56,056 nucleotides of DNA from Paramoeba atlantica (taxonomy: Eukaryota; Protista; Discosea): positions 1-56,056 of the forward strand of contig CDRNVI010000081.1 of NCBI GenBank assembly GCA_977017575.1, written 5' to 3'. Both the position numbers and the translations under genes were made by a program. The notes below the pieces were generated by a model. The model ran no database searches and had not been told where the DNA came from. It worked only from the letters and a program-made list of their open reading frames with translations. This document shows positions 21,725 through 33,660 of this stretch, piece after piece (position 1 is the first letter of the stretch; each line of letters begins with the position of its first letter).

Positions 21725-24169
21725 TCATTTTATAAAGGTTTGTGTTTCGCGCTGACGTAGTTCCCTGGCCATTTGCTTCTGAGAGAGCTTCTCCTCCGGG
21801 AAGAACAGGAAGCGTTTTACCGAGAGAATGAGGTTCCAGGCGGTCACAATCTTCTCGTCAGGGGATTTAGATGGGAACCTACGGCAAACATGTGCTAAGT
21901 GCTCTCTCCACGCGGGGGTCTGGACTGCATAAAGTTTGCGCAAAGAGCCCCTCCCCAACAGTTCCGCCAGGTTTTCGGGGGACGGGGCGTGGTCGGTTCC
22001 TTCTGTATACGCGCTCTGTGTGCATGGGGGCATAACGGACGCAGGTTCGGACGGGATTCCGGCCGTGTGTGCGGGCTCCGGCTGGAGGGGGCTGGCCGTA
22101 ATGGCCGCCGCCGCGATCCCTTCGAGTATCGTCCCGCTGACGAGCGGGGTGGGCACCCCCATAAGGACCGGCGCGAGGCTGCCTTCCTCGGAGTGTGGCT
22201 CACCGGCGTACTGGTTGCCATCCCCATGACGAAGGAAGTTCGGTTCAGAACCTTTCGGGAGGTTACCGGCCTTTGCGGGAATGCTGTGGGGTTGCGGGGG
22301 GGCCCTAGCCTTAGGGGGGGATGTTACGTAAGGGCTTGAAGGGAGGCTGCGCACGACAGACCGAGTATTGCGAGTCTTGCGGTGAGGTCCCGGGCTAGCC
22401 TCGATACAGCCCCGTCTCAGGTTGCATCGCACCAGTTCCGTCGACCACCCCGAGTCGGCGATTAAACCCTCAGAAGGGAGGAAACACCAGTATACGGACC
22501 CGTCTTCCGCCTCGAAAGGGGTCCATGCACATGCGAAGTCGTGAGCTAGTGCCAACGTGTGGCAAAGGAAGAAGGGAATATTTTCTGCGGGGAGGGGGGA
22601 TTTCGTGTTGATGCACGAGCCGTGTGTTGTTCCGTCGAACACCCTGACATGGTGTCCGTATGGCGAATCGTTGAAAGGTACGAGCAGGGTGGCCCAAATG
22701 CTGGGCGAGGCGCCCACGTCCTCGTCTGTCTCCAGGTAGGGGCCTCCCTGGTCGCTGGTTAGACATACGCGGTCCGACGGGACCCCTAGCGTGAGGCCGA
22801 CTGTGTGAGCTAAGCCTTGGAATGGGCATCCGGGTGGGACCGGAACCATGATGTGCCCCATCGCGTGGGGCCCTAGATGCAGGTTAACCTTGGTCCAGAC
22901 CTCCTCATGGAGTTCCGGAGGGGGAGGGGGGGCGTCCCTGGTGGGCCGTGCGCTCCCCCCGACTGGTGGCGAAATCGAGGGGCGTCAGCCATAGGGGGCG
23001 GCGGAGAGTTTACTTCAATGTGCCCACTCGCCGGGGTTGTCGGGGCCCTGTTTACTAAGGCGATGCGCTGCAGTTCCCCGAGCCACACGTTGTGGAGTTC
23101 GGAGGCTGAGGCCCACTGGAGGTCTGAGATATCTGAAGTTCCCCACCGGTGTTCCTTGAGAAGGTGGGCGGCGGTCGCGCGGACAGCGGCCTGTTCGTGG
23201 ACGAGCTTATGTTCCGCCAACTTCCGCTGATCGAGGAAGACTCGCCCATAAGTATGACAAAGATGTGCTCGATCCTCGACCAGTTCGCGTTCCCTATGCT
23301 CCTGCCTCGCGTCCTGGCAGAGTAGGGCGAGCCACTCTGAGATGATGTCGTCCCGCGCCCTCGCGAAGTCGGCCTTCAGAGCTCGGGCAGCGCTCGCTAG
23401 ACGATGCTCTTCGACTTCGTGTCCGAGTACACTAGGTCCGAGGACACTCCATCCTTGCGTCCCGTATTGAAGAGAGCCCCCATAATTTCGGCATTCTTAG
23501 ATGCTATGATCGCAAGTTGGTCCTGGAGAGGGGGTGCTTTGTCAGTTACGGTGCCGGAGGGGTTCTGTACCTTGGGTTGATAGGCGCGGAGGGATGGGTG
23601 AGAGCAATCCGGCCTTGTCCGCGTAAGAGTGGGTCAAATGGGTGGGCGTCGGCCGAGGGGCGAAGGAGACCTGGGAGGAGGAGCGGGTGCGGGGGCCTTC
23701 GGCTTGACGGAGGCTCGGCTTGCGGGGAGCCGACCGGCCCCTGGACGTGGCGCGCGTGGGGGTAGAGAAACGTGAACGAGAGCGTGTTCTACGGCCTGGG
23801 GATGTGTCCCGTCCCGGGGAGATTCTGGCGGGTGATGAGTGGCTACCAGAGCTCTGGCGTTCGGCTCGGAGTTCAACACACCCCGGGCATAGAAGGTTAA
23901 AAGGTCGCCTCGGGGAGAAGGGCTGCGCGCAGAAACCACACGGCCGGTTGTCGAGGGAGGAGGAGGCCCCCGCGTGACGACGGGGGGAGGTCTGCTTGGG
24001 TCCACCGTGGGCGGGCCCGAGAGAAGAGGAGTGGTCCCGTGGAGATCGGGACAATCGTCGAGATGAATCAGCGCACGGCTGGCGCATCCGGTGGGAGGGG
24101 GAGAGTGGTTCATACTTCGAACCACAAGTTGCGCAAAACAAGATTCCCTGGAGCGGGGGTTTTGCCATG
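21725..24169 (-). pseudogene. Frameshifted N-terminal region of a probable CRE/R2-like non-LTR retrotransposon ORF (RT part absent)
   Basis: GC-rich broken ORF with CxxC-H-C and CxxC-CxxC clusters, an SR-rich tract, a degenerate C2H2 finger CHT(Y)GRVFLDQRKLAEHKLVH (23197-23259) and a 2A-like LRRGCIEASPGP. No RT is present, so the family is inferred. Confidence 0.55.
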
Positions 24170-24201
24170 GAGGTAAAATAACGAAGAAAGAGGAAATAAT
24201 T

Positions 24202-24238
24202 CAACAAGGTACAGAAACTGTATCTTATCGTTAAAGTT
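24202..24238 (-). ncRNA. Spliced-leader (mini-exon)-like 37-mer AACTTTAACGATAAGATACAGTTTCTGTACCTTGTTG, with no GT donor after it
   Basis: Starts with the cap-4 sequence AACT, contains the conserved euglenozoan SL core ACAGTTTCTGTAC and ends in TTG. Followed by a 32-nt leader and an ATG. Confidence 0.82.
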
Positions 24239-25035
24239 AAATCTTTATCGGTAAAATGATATCGCAGAACATAACCTATTGAACACCAATTTAAATTTTA
24301 GAATTACAAGACGCTGTGGAGCAAATTTATGATCAAAGCGATGATGAAACTGACATGGAAGAAAACCGTTCTGAATTAGAAATGGTTCAACGAATCTAAG
24401 TAATTCCGGATTGCTCCGATTGGTCACTGGCAGGCCAGACCCTTCACATGTAGATTTGAAACTTTCGAGGCCGAAGTCCTCTACCTGTTTTCGTTAGTAC
24501 AAGGCGGCAACAACGTGCTGCTACCAACCCGTTGCGTCGACGAACCCAAGACAATCTTCAAAAGTTATCATTCCTGCAGCTACGTAGCATTCCTGTAGCC
24601 GTTAACATTCTCCCCGGAACGGTAAACCGGACTGTGGTTTAAAATCCCGGTATGACGGCGTCGTCTTCACCAAGAAAGTTGCACCAAGAACCTTTGTGCA
24701 TCGATCTTTGTGCGCCATCTGTGTCCCCCCCTTTGAAGACCACTGGGCATGGCCCTGCCTCGCCTTATCCCGATGCAACAGTCGGTTGCAGTGCACCCCT
24801 CCGGCTGTGTAAAGAGGTGGTAAGTTGTCTGGAGAATCTGACACCCCCCTTACTTCACCACACGTCCAGTGACTAAATGTGGTGAAGTAAGGGGGGAGGC
24901 GAAGTAAGGGGGGGTAACGGTATGTGGAAGCCGGGTTCAGGCGGGGGGTGCAGGGGGTCTAGGAGAGTGCAGGGAGGCTCTGCAGCTGGCAATGAAACAT
25001 TCTAAGGATTCACACAGATTGATGCCCATACATGT

Positions 25036-26184
25036 GAGGGGCTGCGGGTGACGTTAACCGCGGTCTCGCACGGTCTCGGCGCGGTCTCATATTTGTAAAA
25101 TGGGCTAGAGGGTAAAAACACGACTTGCGGATTAGGTAAAATGGTATTTGAGGTGAACACTAAACATCCGCTTTGACACACTTAAAACCATCACGAATAA
25201 TAAGCAGAACTTAAAATATGATCTTCTCTCTTTCTCCTTCAACTTTTCCTGAACGCGTCCTTTTTAGTTCAGCCGCGGGAACGAGACTACACGGTCTGAT
25301 GTTCTTATTTCTTTCGCCGTATAATAGGACGGCGTGGGGACATTCTTCTCCTGATCTGCAGCCGTGGGACAAGCTTCTGGGGTCTGAGATGCTGGCTTCT
25401 GAGATGCTTCATCCGCCCCTCGTTTGAGCCGGCGACGATGCCGGTAGGTCACGCAGGCACGAGAACGCCTCCCGGATACAGAGCGCCACAAACTATCCAC
25501 GAAGTCTCCTACTTCGTTGTCCCGTCGAGGTGCATACATCGGGCTGAGTTCCAGGAAGCTTTGGAGATCCTGGGCAGCTTCTCCAACAAAGTAAACGGCG
25601 TGCGACGGAACATCCATAAGCAGATGCCCGCGGCGATCTACGATGTGAAGAATGGCGCGCTCCAGTATCTGTGGCGTAATGTCTATGCCACAAACGGAAC
25701 GGCCCCCGTGAAGGAAACTATCCATGGTGCGATGAATGCGTTCCAGGATTTCTTCGACTTTTGCTCCTAGCTCTTCTTCTGTGATAATCAGCTTCGGAGG
25801 GGTAAATACGTTAACACGTTTCGTGAAGACCCTCTTGGTTGAAGCTAAAACAACCTCATAAATCGCCTTTTCACTTTCAACCTCCGAGGGGTTCGCAATT
25901 CGAGCTTTTAGGTCAGCATTACTCTCAATTCCAGTCATTGACAAGACAAAAAGATACGGAAAGCGAAATAACAAACTAAAGATGTTCAAAAATAGTCTTA
26001 CTTCTATCTTCATCAAGGCCTACAATATGAGTACTCCATACACATCGTATATACGAAGTGAAAATTCTTTTTTATTCAAATTATGCTCTACTCTCCATCC
26101 AAAAACTAGCATTTTTTTGTCTCTCCAAGCCAAAAGCAAACCGCGGTCTCGCGCGGTCTCGTGTGCCACGACCCGCAGCCCCTC
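25036..26184 (-). mobile_element. Non-autonomous member of the IS5-like family carrying only the accessory gene, 1149 bp
   Basis: Same TIRs GAGGGGCTGCGGGT / ACCCGCAGCCCCTC, direct flanks ATGT (25032-25035, 26185-26188) and GCGGTCTC subterminal repeats. Confidence 0.9.
25264..25938 (-). CDS. Accessory protein homologue (224 aa from MTGIES)
   Basis: Intact ORF, colinear with 17112-17762. Confidence 0.85.
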   Translation of the reverse strand: MTGIESNADLKARIANPSEVESEKAIYEVVLASTKRVFTKRVNVFTPPKLIITEEELGAKVEEILERIHRTMDSFLHGGRSVCGIDITPQILERAILHIVDRRGHLLMDVPSHAVYFVGEAAQDLQSFLELSPMYAPRRDNEVGDFVDSLWRSVSGRRSRACVTYRHRRRLKRGADEASQKPASQTPEACPTAADQEKNVPTPSYYTAKEIRTSDRVVSFPRLN

Positions 26185-26561
26185 ATGTATGTTGACCCGT
26201 AAAACAGCAAAAAAAAGAGCCTTGGAAAATATGAACTTTGGAAAAAACAGTAAAATGGAGGAAAAAGCGAATCTAAAAGTTGTATAGTACCCTGAGTGTC
26301 CTCCACCATTTGTAGTACTTTTTTGGGTCTGTTTGGAACTGAATAATTGAGTTCATAACTATTTTTATAACTTTTTGAGGGCATCTTTTTAAGGCCTTAA
26401 TGCTTTTTATATAGCCTCTATAAGGCATTTGTGGTTGTTATAATGTTTTTTATCTCAGGAGAGAACTAGAGAACTAGGAAGAAAAAAGAAACAAAGATAT
26501 TTGCTAGGGGAACGAGATCTATCAAACACAATGGAGAGTCTGTAATTAGTATCTGTAGATA

Positions 26562-27326
26562 CAGGGAGTGGCACGAAAATATGGGGGAGGGTCAAAATTT
26601 TTATAACTTGTCCAATTTTGAAAAGTAGCACCGCATTCGAGAGCTCTCGCAGAGTTACGTGTCACCTGATAATGCATTTCCCGTATCCAGGGGGGTAGGT
26701 CCCTATGCCAAAGGAGCTGAAAACACCAATTGCAAGTTTCAAAAATTGAAAAATATCTCATTTAATATCCACAATATCCTCCATTTTTTGGTAATGTAAT
26801 CTTAATACGAGTTGGAAATGTCCTCAAAGTGTCTAAAAATGATTTTTTCTGTTCTCCTTTCAACAATTCAATCCCAGATGCGATCGCCGATCGCAACTCT
26901 GACCGATTTGTGGGGCATAATGAGCTTTCGTGGGCATCAGTTATCCCACAAATATTTTCTTCATACTTCCTTACTAAAAGTATGTGGTGGGTAACTTTAA
27001 GGTGTCCTCGAGGACTGTAACAATTCCGATCACGGTGCTGTGCACCCCTGCTATTGAAATAATCCTGTTTCTGTGGGATAACGAGGCGGAAAGGTAAAAA
27101 AATAGAAGGAAAATACCTAAAACATCGAAAAAATCGAAGAATCTGAAAAAAATTGCAAGTTCCAAAAATGTATTTTTTTGTCCCGAATAAAAACAAATTA
27201 AAAACACGGGAAACGCAGTATCAGGTGACACGTATCTCTGCGAGAGCTCTCGAATGCGGTGCTACTTTCCAAAATTGGACAATTTATACGAATTTTAACC
27301 TCCCCATATTTTCGTGCCACCCCCTG
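26562..27326 (-). mobile_element. Tc1-derived deletion element/MITE, 765 bp, ~110-bp TIRs, TA TSD
   Basis: TA|CAGGGAGTGGCACGAAAATATGGGG ... CCCCATATTTTCGTGCCACCCCCTG|TA. Retains a Tc1-like C-terminus (PTNRSELRSAI...FPTRIKITLPKNGGYCGY). Shares GAGAGCTCTCGCAGAGTT with the 6496 MITE. Confidence 0.88.
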
Positions 27327-27484
27327 TATGTGCGGGTTTCTGTGAGTCGCTGTGGGCTGCTGTGGTTCGCTGCGAGTACTTTTTTTCGTCGGAAGACCCC
27401 GAAAGACTGGAAGAAGGACTTCAAAAGATTGGTGATGCTCAATGGCCAAAAAAAAGAAAGCTGACCATATCTAGAAAAAGTGTC

Positions 27485-27560
27485 CAGCTGGCCACCCCCT
27501 GAAAGAGTGGCCATCTGGAACACTGGCGGGCTGGCCACTGTTTCAGGGGGTGGCCAGCTG
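27485..27560. repeat. GC-rich hairpin with a perfect 20-bp stem
   Basis: CAGCTGGCCACCCCCTGAAA / TTTCAGGGGGTGGCCAGCTG. Confidence 0.85.
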
Positions 27561-28842
27561 GCCACTTTTTCAAGGGCGAGCTCGCCGTGAAAAATCATGC
27601 CTTTTTTTGTTTCATTTGCTATGCCGTCGGCTACTGAAATGCGTTTCAAAAAGATGGTTCTGGAAGTTAGTTTGGGACCTGAGAAATATTCCACAAGCCT
27701 TCAAAAAGTTGTGGTCTGTCAATTTGGGGAACATAATCAAGCGTCTTCTCGCTTTTTTTGGATTGTAAATGCCCGCATTCCGAGTCGTGTTTTTGGTAAA
27801 AGGGTTCTAAAAACTGCTGACTGCACTCGATGCTTTTCATGTTTGGGGAATTACAGAGACTGATTCATGATCAATATCTCTGTTTTCAAAATTTCGATAA
27901 AAATCGTTTTTATGCTCGCTTTATGCCCATTTTGGGCTCGCGGAATTTATCTTAGTACAGTCCCGTTCCGGCCATATTTCAGGAGTTCTCTGGAGAGTGC
28001 GCCATGAAGATTGATAAAATAAGTGGTGTAAAAGTGATATTTGGAGGAAGAGGTTTAGTAGAAAAATATTCTAAAGACGGCAGCTGTTGAAATATAAATG
28101 CATAAATGCAGTCAAAAATACCAAAATGGAATGGAAAAGAAAGAGACACCTTCTGATGAGGAACGAAAAAAAGCGCGTTAGATACTCATCGCATCTCCCC
28201 CAATAAAATACCGGTGAAACGGTTATTAAGGATAAAAGTAATTAAGGCAGAACGGATTTAAAAATTTATTATTGCCTTAATTAAAGTGGCGCTGATAAAA
28301 GCCCAAAACAGTTCTTATTTAAATATTGTCGTTTGTAGCATAAATATCACATTTCTGCTAAAAGTGTTCAATTTCTGATCATATTGCATGTTTTTCGAAC
28401 TTTTCTAGACGAGCTTCGCATGTTTCGCCTACCTTTACGGTCTTCAACCAGTTCAACGTGTGAGAGAAAAGCTAAAACGATCATTGAAAGGAGAAGTCCG
28501 AGACGGAATCATGAAATTATTTTTTCCCCCAAAATGACAAAAAAATTAATTATTGCCTTAATTAAAGCTGCCTTTAATTAAAGTTGCCTTAATTTTAATT
28601 ACCCTTAATTGAAGTTTCTACGGTAATTTTTCCGCTAATTAATATTCCGTTAACTTTTATTCCCATGATTATTATTCGGTCAATAAGTACTTTGACGGCA
28701 TTTTTGACAAATTTAGACAAATTGCCCTATTGGAAGGAGAATCGCGCATGAGCCTATTAAATAGGGGGGATAGTATTTGTAAAAGGGACAGTAGTTATTT
28801 CCAAACCTTTCGCTTCTTATGACTCCGAAAAAAGTGATACAG

Positions 28843-29346
28843 TTACTTTCTTTGTTCCACCAGCTTTTCAATGAGTGCGTTACCCTTCTTACGGAATTGT
28901 GCTGCCTCAACTGAAAGTGCCTTGCGTTGAGCGGCTGACAACTTCTGGTATTTGGCAGATACTTTCTTTGCCGCAACTCGGAATAGCACCTTTCGATCTT
29001 TGCAGTTTTTCTTTTCCGCATTGTATATCGCTGGCATGTTACGCTGCACGAACAAACTATAAGGATGACATTTAGCACTTTGAACTTGAGCTTTCAGTGA
29101 ATGTTTTCGCTTCATATTCTCGGCAGCAATCTTACTGTAGGACTGGACCTGAGCTGGAGATAACTTTTTAAAAGCGGCATGTGCTCCGGCGAGATCTGAG
29201 AATCCCTTTTTACCTTTGAAAAACTTTGACATAAATACACGCAGTGCACTTGTCGGGGCTGATTTTCCAGCCCATGGCTTATTGATAACTTTACGACGAA
29301 GCTTTGCGATGTTCTTGGCGAGGTTTGGAAGCGCACGAGAAAACAT
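28843..29346 (-). CDS. Twin-HMG-box KAP/TFAM-like protein, copy 3, 167 aa
   Basis: Starts MFSRALP at 29346 and is intact. Shares its immediate 3' flank with copy 2. Confidence 0.72.
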   Translation of the reverse strand: MFSRALPNLAKNIAKLRRKVINKPWAGKSAPTSALRVFMSKFFKGKKGFSDLAGAHAAFKKLSPAQVQSYSKIAAENMKRKHSLKAQVQSAKCHPYSLFVQRNMPAIYNAEKKNCKDRKVLFRVAAKKVSAKYQKLSAAQRKALSVEAAQFRKKGNALIEKLVEQRK

Positions 29347-29535
29347 TAGAGATAGAAAGACAGGGAGCAAGCTAAATAACCCAGTATAGCGTAGAATACC
29401 ATTATCCGGAGGGATTGAACGAATAATACACACTTTTTTTTTGTGATTTCTTGAGTGACTTGTATGAAATGTTAACATTATTTGTTCGTTTTTCTAGAAA
29501 AAAATGACTAGCACTACCTTTTCTCTGGCTCTTGA

Positions 29536-30045
29536 ATGAACTACACGGGTTGTCCCCATTTTGAATGCGCTTTGCTAATTAGCCTGAGATCATTAGATTC
29601 TGCCACAGAAGAGGATTGCATATTACGGTTAAGAAACCATAAACTTGTTGTGCAGAAAGTTTCCTGTGAGCATAGGTATGAAAGAATGTCGTGTATTCTC
29701 AAGGGCGATAAGTTTCACTGCCCCGTACGCTCGTACCGCAAGTTAATGTCACAGAATGGCCCCTTCAAACATTCAAAGACCAAAGTTTCTGCCAAGCAAA
29801 TTTTTATTGGGATTGTATCATTCTCATATAGCATGCTCCGCACTGAAGTAGCAAAGGAAGAAGAAGTTTCTCAAAGAACCGCAGTCTTCCAACGCCGGAC
29901 CATCGAAAAGGCACTGCCAGAAATTCGTCAGACCCGCCAGCGGGATGCCCAGAGCACAGTCTTCTTTATGCAAGTTGACGAAACATGGTTCTCAAAAGTT
30001 AACAGTTATCCAAACTGTTCAGACGCTGGTGGAGTGCTCTCGTGA
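29536..30045 (+). pseudogene. Merlin/IS1595-like transposase N-terminal fragment
   Basis: CPHFEC...HKLVVQKVSC...HCP...MQVDETWFSK is colinear with 42254-43231 and truncated after the first D. Confidence 0.82.
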
Positions 30046-30761
30046 CAACAAGCTGGAAGAGATTCATGTCCATAGTGGCAGTTAATAATTATTACAATAG
30101 AAATTATTAATAATTTTTATTTTAAAAAAATCCTAATTATCAATAATTATTAATAATTCTTCAATCGTACTTAAAAAGTTCAAATTTGAGGCAGTCTTTG
30201 GGAAAAAATGTATCTAAGGGGAGCAAATTTCACTTTCTTTCGGACTGACACCATGTTTGGCAGCTGACCTAAGGAGGGTATGGCGAAAGACGGGGAATTG
30301 TCCGATTGTGTGCATCAAACAGGGGTCCTTAACACGTCCAAAACTTTATTGTAATCCTTTTATGGTACTGTCCCCCCCCACTTAAGCGCAACCAGGTTTT
30401 GGCCTAAAATGGCCAAATGGTTTTGGCGCATAAGTAGCCGGGTCAAAAAACGGGGTGAATTTTTTTTTTGCTTCAATCATGAGTTATATACGCGGGGTGC
30501 CCTTGGGGGCTGCTTTTTATATACTATCCTCCCTATCCTAGCGTCCCCTTGCTGGGAGGAAATGCAAGGCTAGGAGGGGGGGGCAAAAACTGGGGCCGAA
30601 GAATTGCTAAGCTGAAAATGTTGTGGGATTACTGAGGAAGATTTTCAAAAAAATCGCTGTTTAGAGTACATTTTTACCATAGCTTCGCAGCATGAGACAG
30701 TCTAGAAAGCAACGCTAATGAGGGGGGATACCGAGGCAACGATAGGATAGGGGGGATAGTA

Positions 30762-31864
30762 CTGTACCCCCCTAGTTATCTGTCACAACTTTTCGTGGAA
30801 AGGTGACAAATAAGTAGGGGGGTAAATTTCGTTTTAAGATTTTTTTGGAAAACAATAGCTATGAAAGTGACAGATAACTAGGGGGAGTAATTGCGATGGT
30901 TGTAAAACTACCGCTCTACACTCGATTATTGAAAAAAAAGTGAACAAAAACAGTGAAAATATAAAGAGGAACACAGTAATATAATAGAAGAAAAAAATAT
31001 AAAAGGGGGCTCCGGTGGTCCAAAACAGAAAAAATTTTTTGAAAAAAATGGGGGGTCCATGGGGGGGGTCCAGGGGGGGGGGCATGGTCGAGCAAATTTT
31101 TTCGAAAAAATTAGTTTTCGAAAAAAAACCGCAGAAAGGGTAGCCGGGGTCTTGGCGCGCATTTTCCACCCCCCTACCCGGGGGTGACCCCCCCGCGTAT
31201 CCGCAGGACGGGTCCGCCAAGTTCGGATTTTTTCGGAAAAATTTTTTTGAAAAAAATTTCAACTTAGCTAAAAAAATGACAAAAAAAATATTTTTCCAAA
31301 ATCGTTTCCCCTATTGTATTTTGATAGTTTGGGACCTACACTAGCTTTCTACGCAGTTGTTTTCGCAAGGTATCACTTCTTCGAACTGTGGTGCGCCCCC
31401 CAAAATGACCCATTTTTGACTAAAAAAGGTGAAAAAGTATTTTTCGGACCTAAAGGGGCATTTTTGTGTCGAAAGAATGGTATGGTTGGAGTCGCATTCT
31501 CTACCCAATACGTTCGGTAGGCTTTCATTCATGCCTGCGAGTGATTTCCCACGCGCAAATGTCGGATTTAGTGCTCTGAGAGCAAAAATACGCGAAAATC
31601 ACCCCATTTCTACCCGAAATTCGGCTATTTTTGGCTATAATCTTTCCGTTTTCCAGGCTAAATTTTCTTTTTTAGGCTCTTCGTTAAACGCGGCGGTAGT
31701 TTTCAACGCGAAGCGCGCAGCATGAGTGACTTCTAAGTTGAAAGCAACCACCGCGTTTAACGAAGAGCCTAAAAAAGAAAATTGACGAAAAAAAATTGAA
31801 GGACCGAAAAGTGGCAGATAACTAGGGGGGTGACGTGTGAGAGATAACTAGGGAGGAGGTACAG
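30762..31864. mobile_element. CTGTACCCCCC-ended MITE (nested level 3)
   Basis: TA|CTGTACCCCCCTAGTTATCTGTCAC ... GATAACTAGGGAGGAGGTACAG|TA. Confidence 0.8.
30890..31782 (-). mobile_element. Single full unit of the 0.9-kb repeat inserted as a discrete element (nested level 4)
   Basis: Near-identical reverse complement of one array unit, from the palindrome to ACCATCGCAAT, with AATT at both junctions. Confidence 0.9.
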
Positions 31865-33093
31865 TACTTCACTTGTATGGTTACTTATGCCCGCGAATGA
31901 CCACATCACGGGGTGAGTGGCTTTTTTGCGAGCACCCGATCAATTGTAGGAAAAGAACGGACTTTTAAGAGCATGGGTCCGAAATATAAATTAAAGTTTA
32001 GTTTTTCATGCACTTGTAGTGCAGTTACCCACGTTGTCTTTAACCGCCCCACATCTAGGCGGTGCCGCACGCTGGTGCGCTGATCATTTCAAAAGCGTAC
32101 AGTACGTGGCAGGAGAGTTCCTCTGATGTACAGTACAGTATAGTATGCAAAGACTAGCCGTACAGATCGGTGGAGGTCAGTGTGGATCAGAAGAGATCGC
32201 TGGAGATCGCTGGAGATCGATGAAGATCATTTTTGAACGCCCAAAGGGACTACCTGCAGACTCTCCATTTCAACAGCGGCGAAAATTGGTACAAAAATTC
32301 GTACCACAAAAAAAATATCCCGCCGCTTTGCGGCGCTGTTCTTCTGAACGATGTGTCAAAGTTGCGCTTAAGTGGCCGGGTCAAACGGTTGCGCATAAGT
32401 AGGGGGGGACAGTACTGTAAACGTAGTATAAATGGTTGCACTGAAAGTGCATATCAAGCTCTCCTTGGTACCATATTGTCTGACTGAACCTTAATTTTTC
32501 ACGCTCAGGGTATCGTTCAGAGCATCTTAATAATTATTAATAATCGCTAATAATTCTTTAATAATTATTATTATTAAAGCCTAAAATTATTAATAATTCT
32601 GCCACTATGTTCATGTCACGCCAGTATACCCCAAAAAAGTAAAGTATACACCAAAAAAGCTAAGAATACTTAATCCTTCCCATTGAGACTATGTGTAACT
32701 CCTCGCGCAATCCAATCCAATCCAAAATACCGACAAAGTCGGCTAAAACACTTAGCACTTTCACATTAAACATTTCCATCTCTATCGCCTCCAAATTCAG
32801 AGTTTTTGTGCCTCCAAGACTAGAGCACACAAACAGCATAAAGTAATGGAATATAAAATTTCCTCAAGGCATATTCTAGAACACGTACGGAGATACACAA
32901 CAAGCACTCACACTTACTTTGGTGTCCCCCTTCCACCGTCAGTTCTCGTAGCTTTCTGGCGAATTTAGGTTTGGGGAATGGAACGCTAGATTCTTCAATT
33001 AATTGTAGCTCTTTATAACTCTTGTTCTTGATAGCTGTGGCTTTCAATGTTTTCTATTTTTTTGTAGTAGCACGTTCGTAGTCAACCACTGGC

Positions 33094-33660
33094 TCAAGTG
33101 AAAGTTTTAGCTTTTCGGTGAGACGAAACCAATGTTCTCGATCTGTAGCATAAACCAATGTCTCTTCTAAAGTTATACCCAATACATGCTTCGCTTGGAG
33201 AAGGACGTCTCGAATTAGATTTATGTCTCCATTGCACCAGCTCTCGATAGTTCGGAGAATGTCTCAGCATGTGTCCGGTAAGTTTGGCTCTCTGAACTTT
33301 GTGAGTATTGGAAAATCGTGATGTATTTACGTAGAGAGAGTCTGTAGGATAACAAAAACCATACTCGTCCAATTTGTTGCACTGAGATGCAATTCTTCTC
33401 ATCGTATTAATTTCGACATCAATCGAACGCAACATTTTTTGAGAAATGTACAATGCGCCCGAACCAAAGTTCAGAATAGGGTATATAAGCACGTCGTATA
33501 GTCTGAGTTTAAGATGAGAGCTTAAGGATGAAATCCATATTCCTCGCATGCGGGCAAATGAGGACCAGGCAAGTTTCTAACGATCTTTGATTGTAGATGA
33601 TGTTTCATTGTCGTGAAGATGCCCTAGATGTCGATACGAATCTACTCTAGGTACCGTTTC
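33094..33660 (-). pseudogene. RTE/ingi-like LINE reverse-transcriptase C-terminal relic
   Basis: YRHLG...LAWSSFARMRGIWISSLSSHLKLRLYDVLIYPILNFGS...KLTGHMLRH matches the post-RT pattern of APE-type LINEs. Confidence 0.65.

Larger units (their letters stand above)
30368..32412. mobile_element. TA-flanked element with CTGTCCCCCCCCACTTAAGCGCAACC TIRs (nested level 2)
   Basis: TA|CTGTCCCCCCCCACTTAAGCGCAACC ... GGTTGCGCATAAGTAGGGGGGGACAG|TA. Confidence 0.87.
30071..32609. mobile_element. Non-autonomous element with short TIRs and 8-bp TSD (hAT- or Merlin-type), hosting nested insertions
   Basis: TSD TTCATGTC at 30063-30070 and 32610-32617. TIR CATAGTGGCAG / CTGCCACTATG, with AT-rich AATAATT subterminal arrays. 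Confidence 0.85.
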
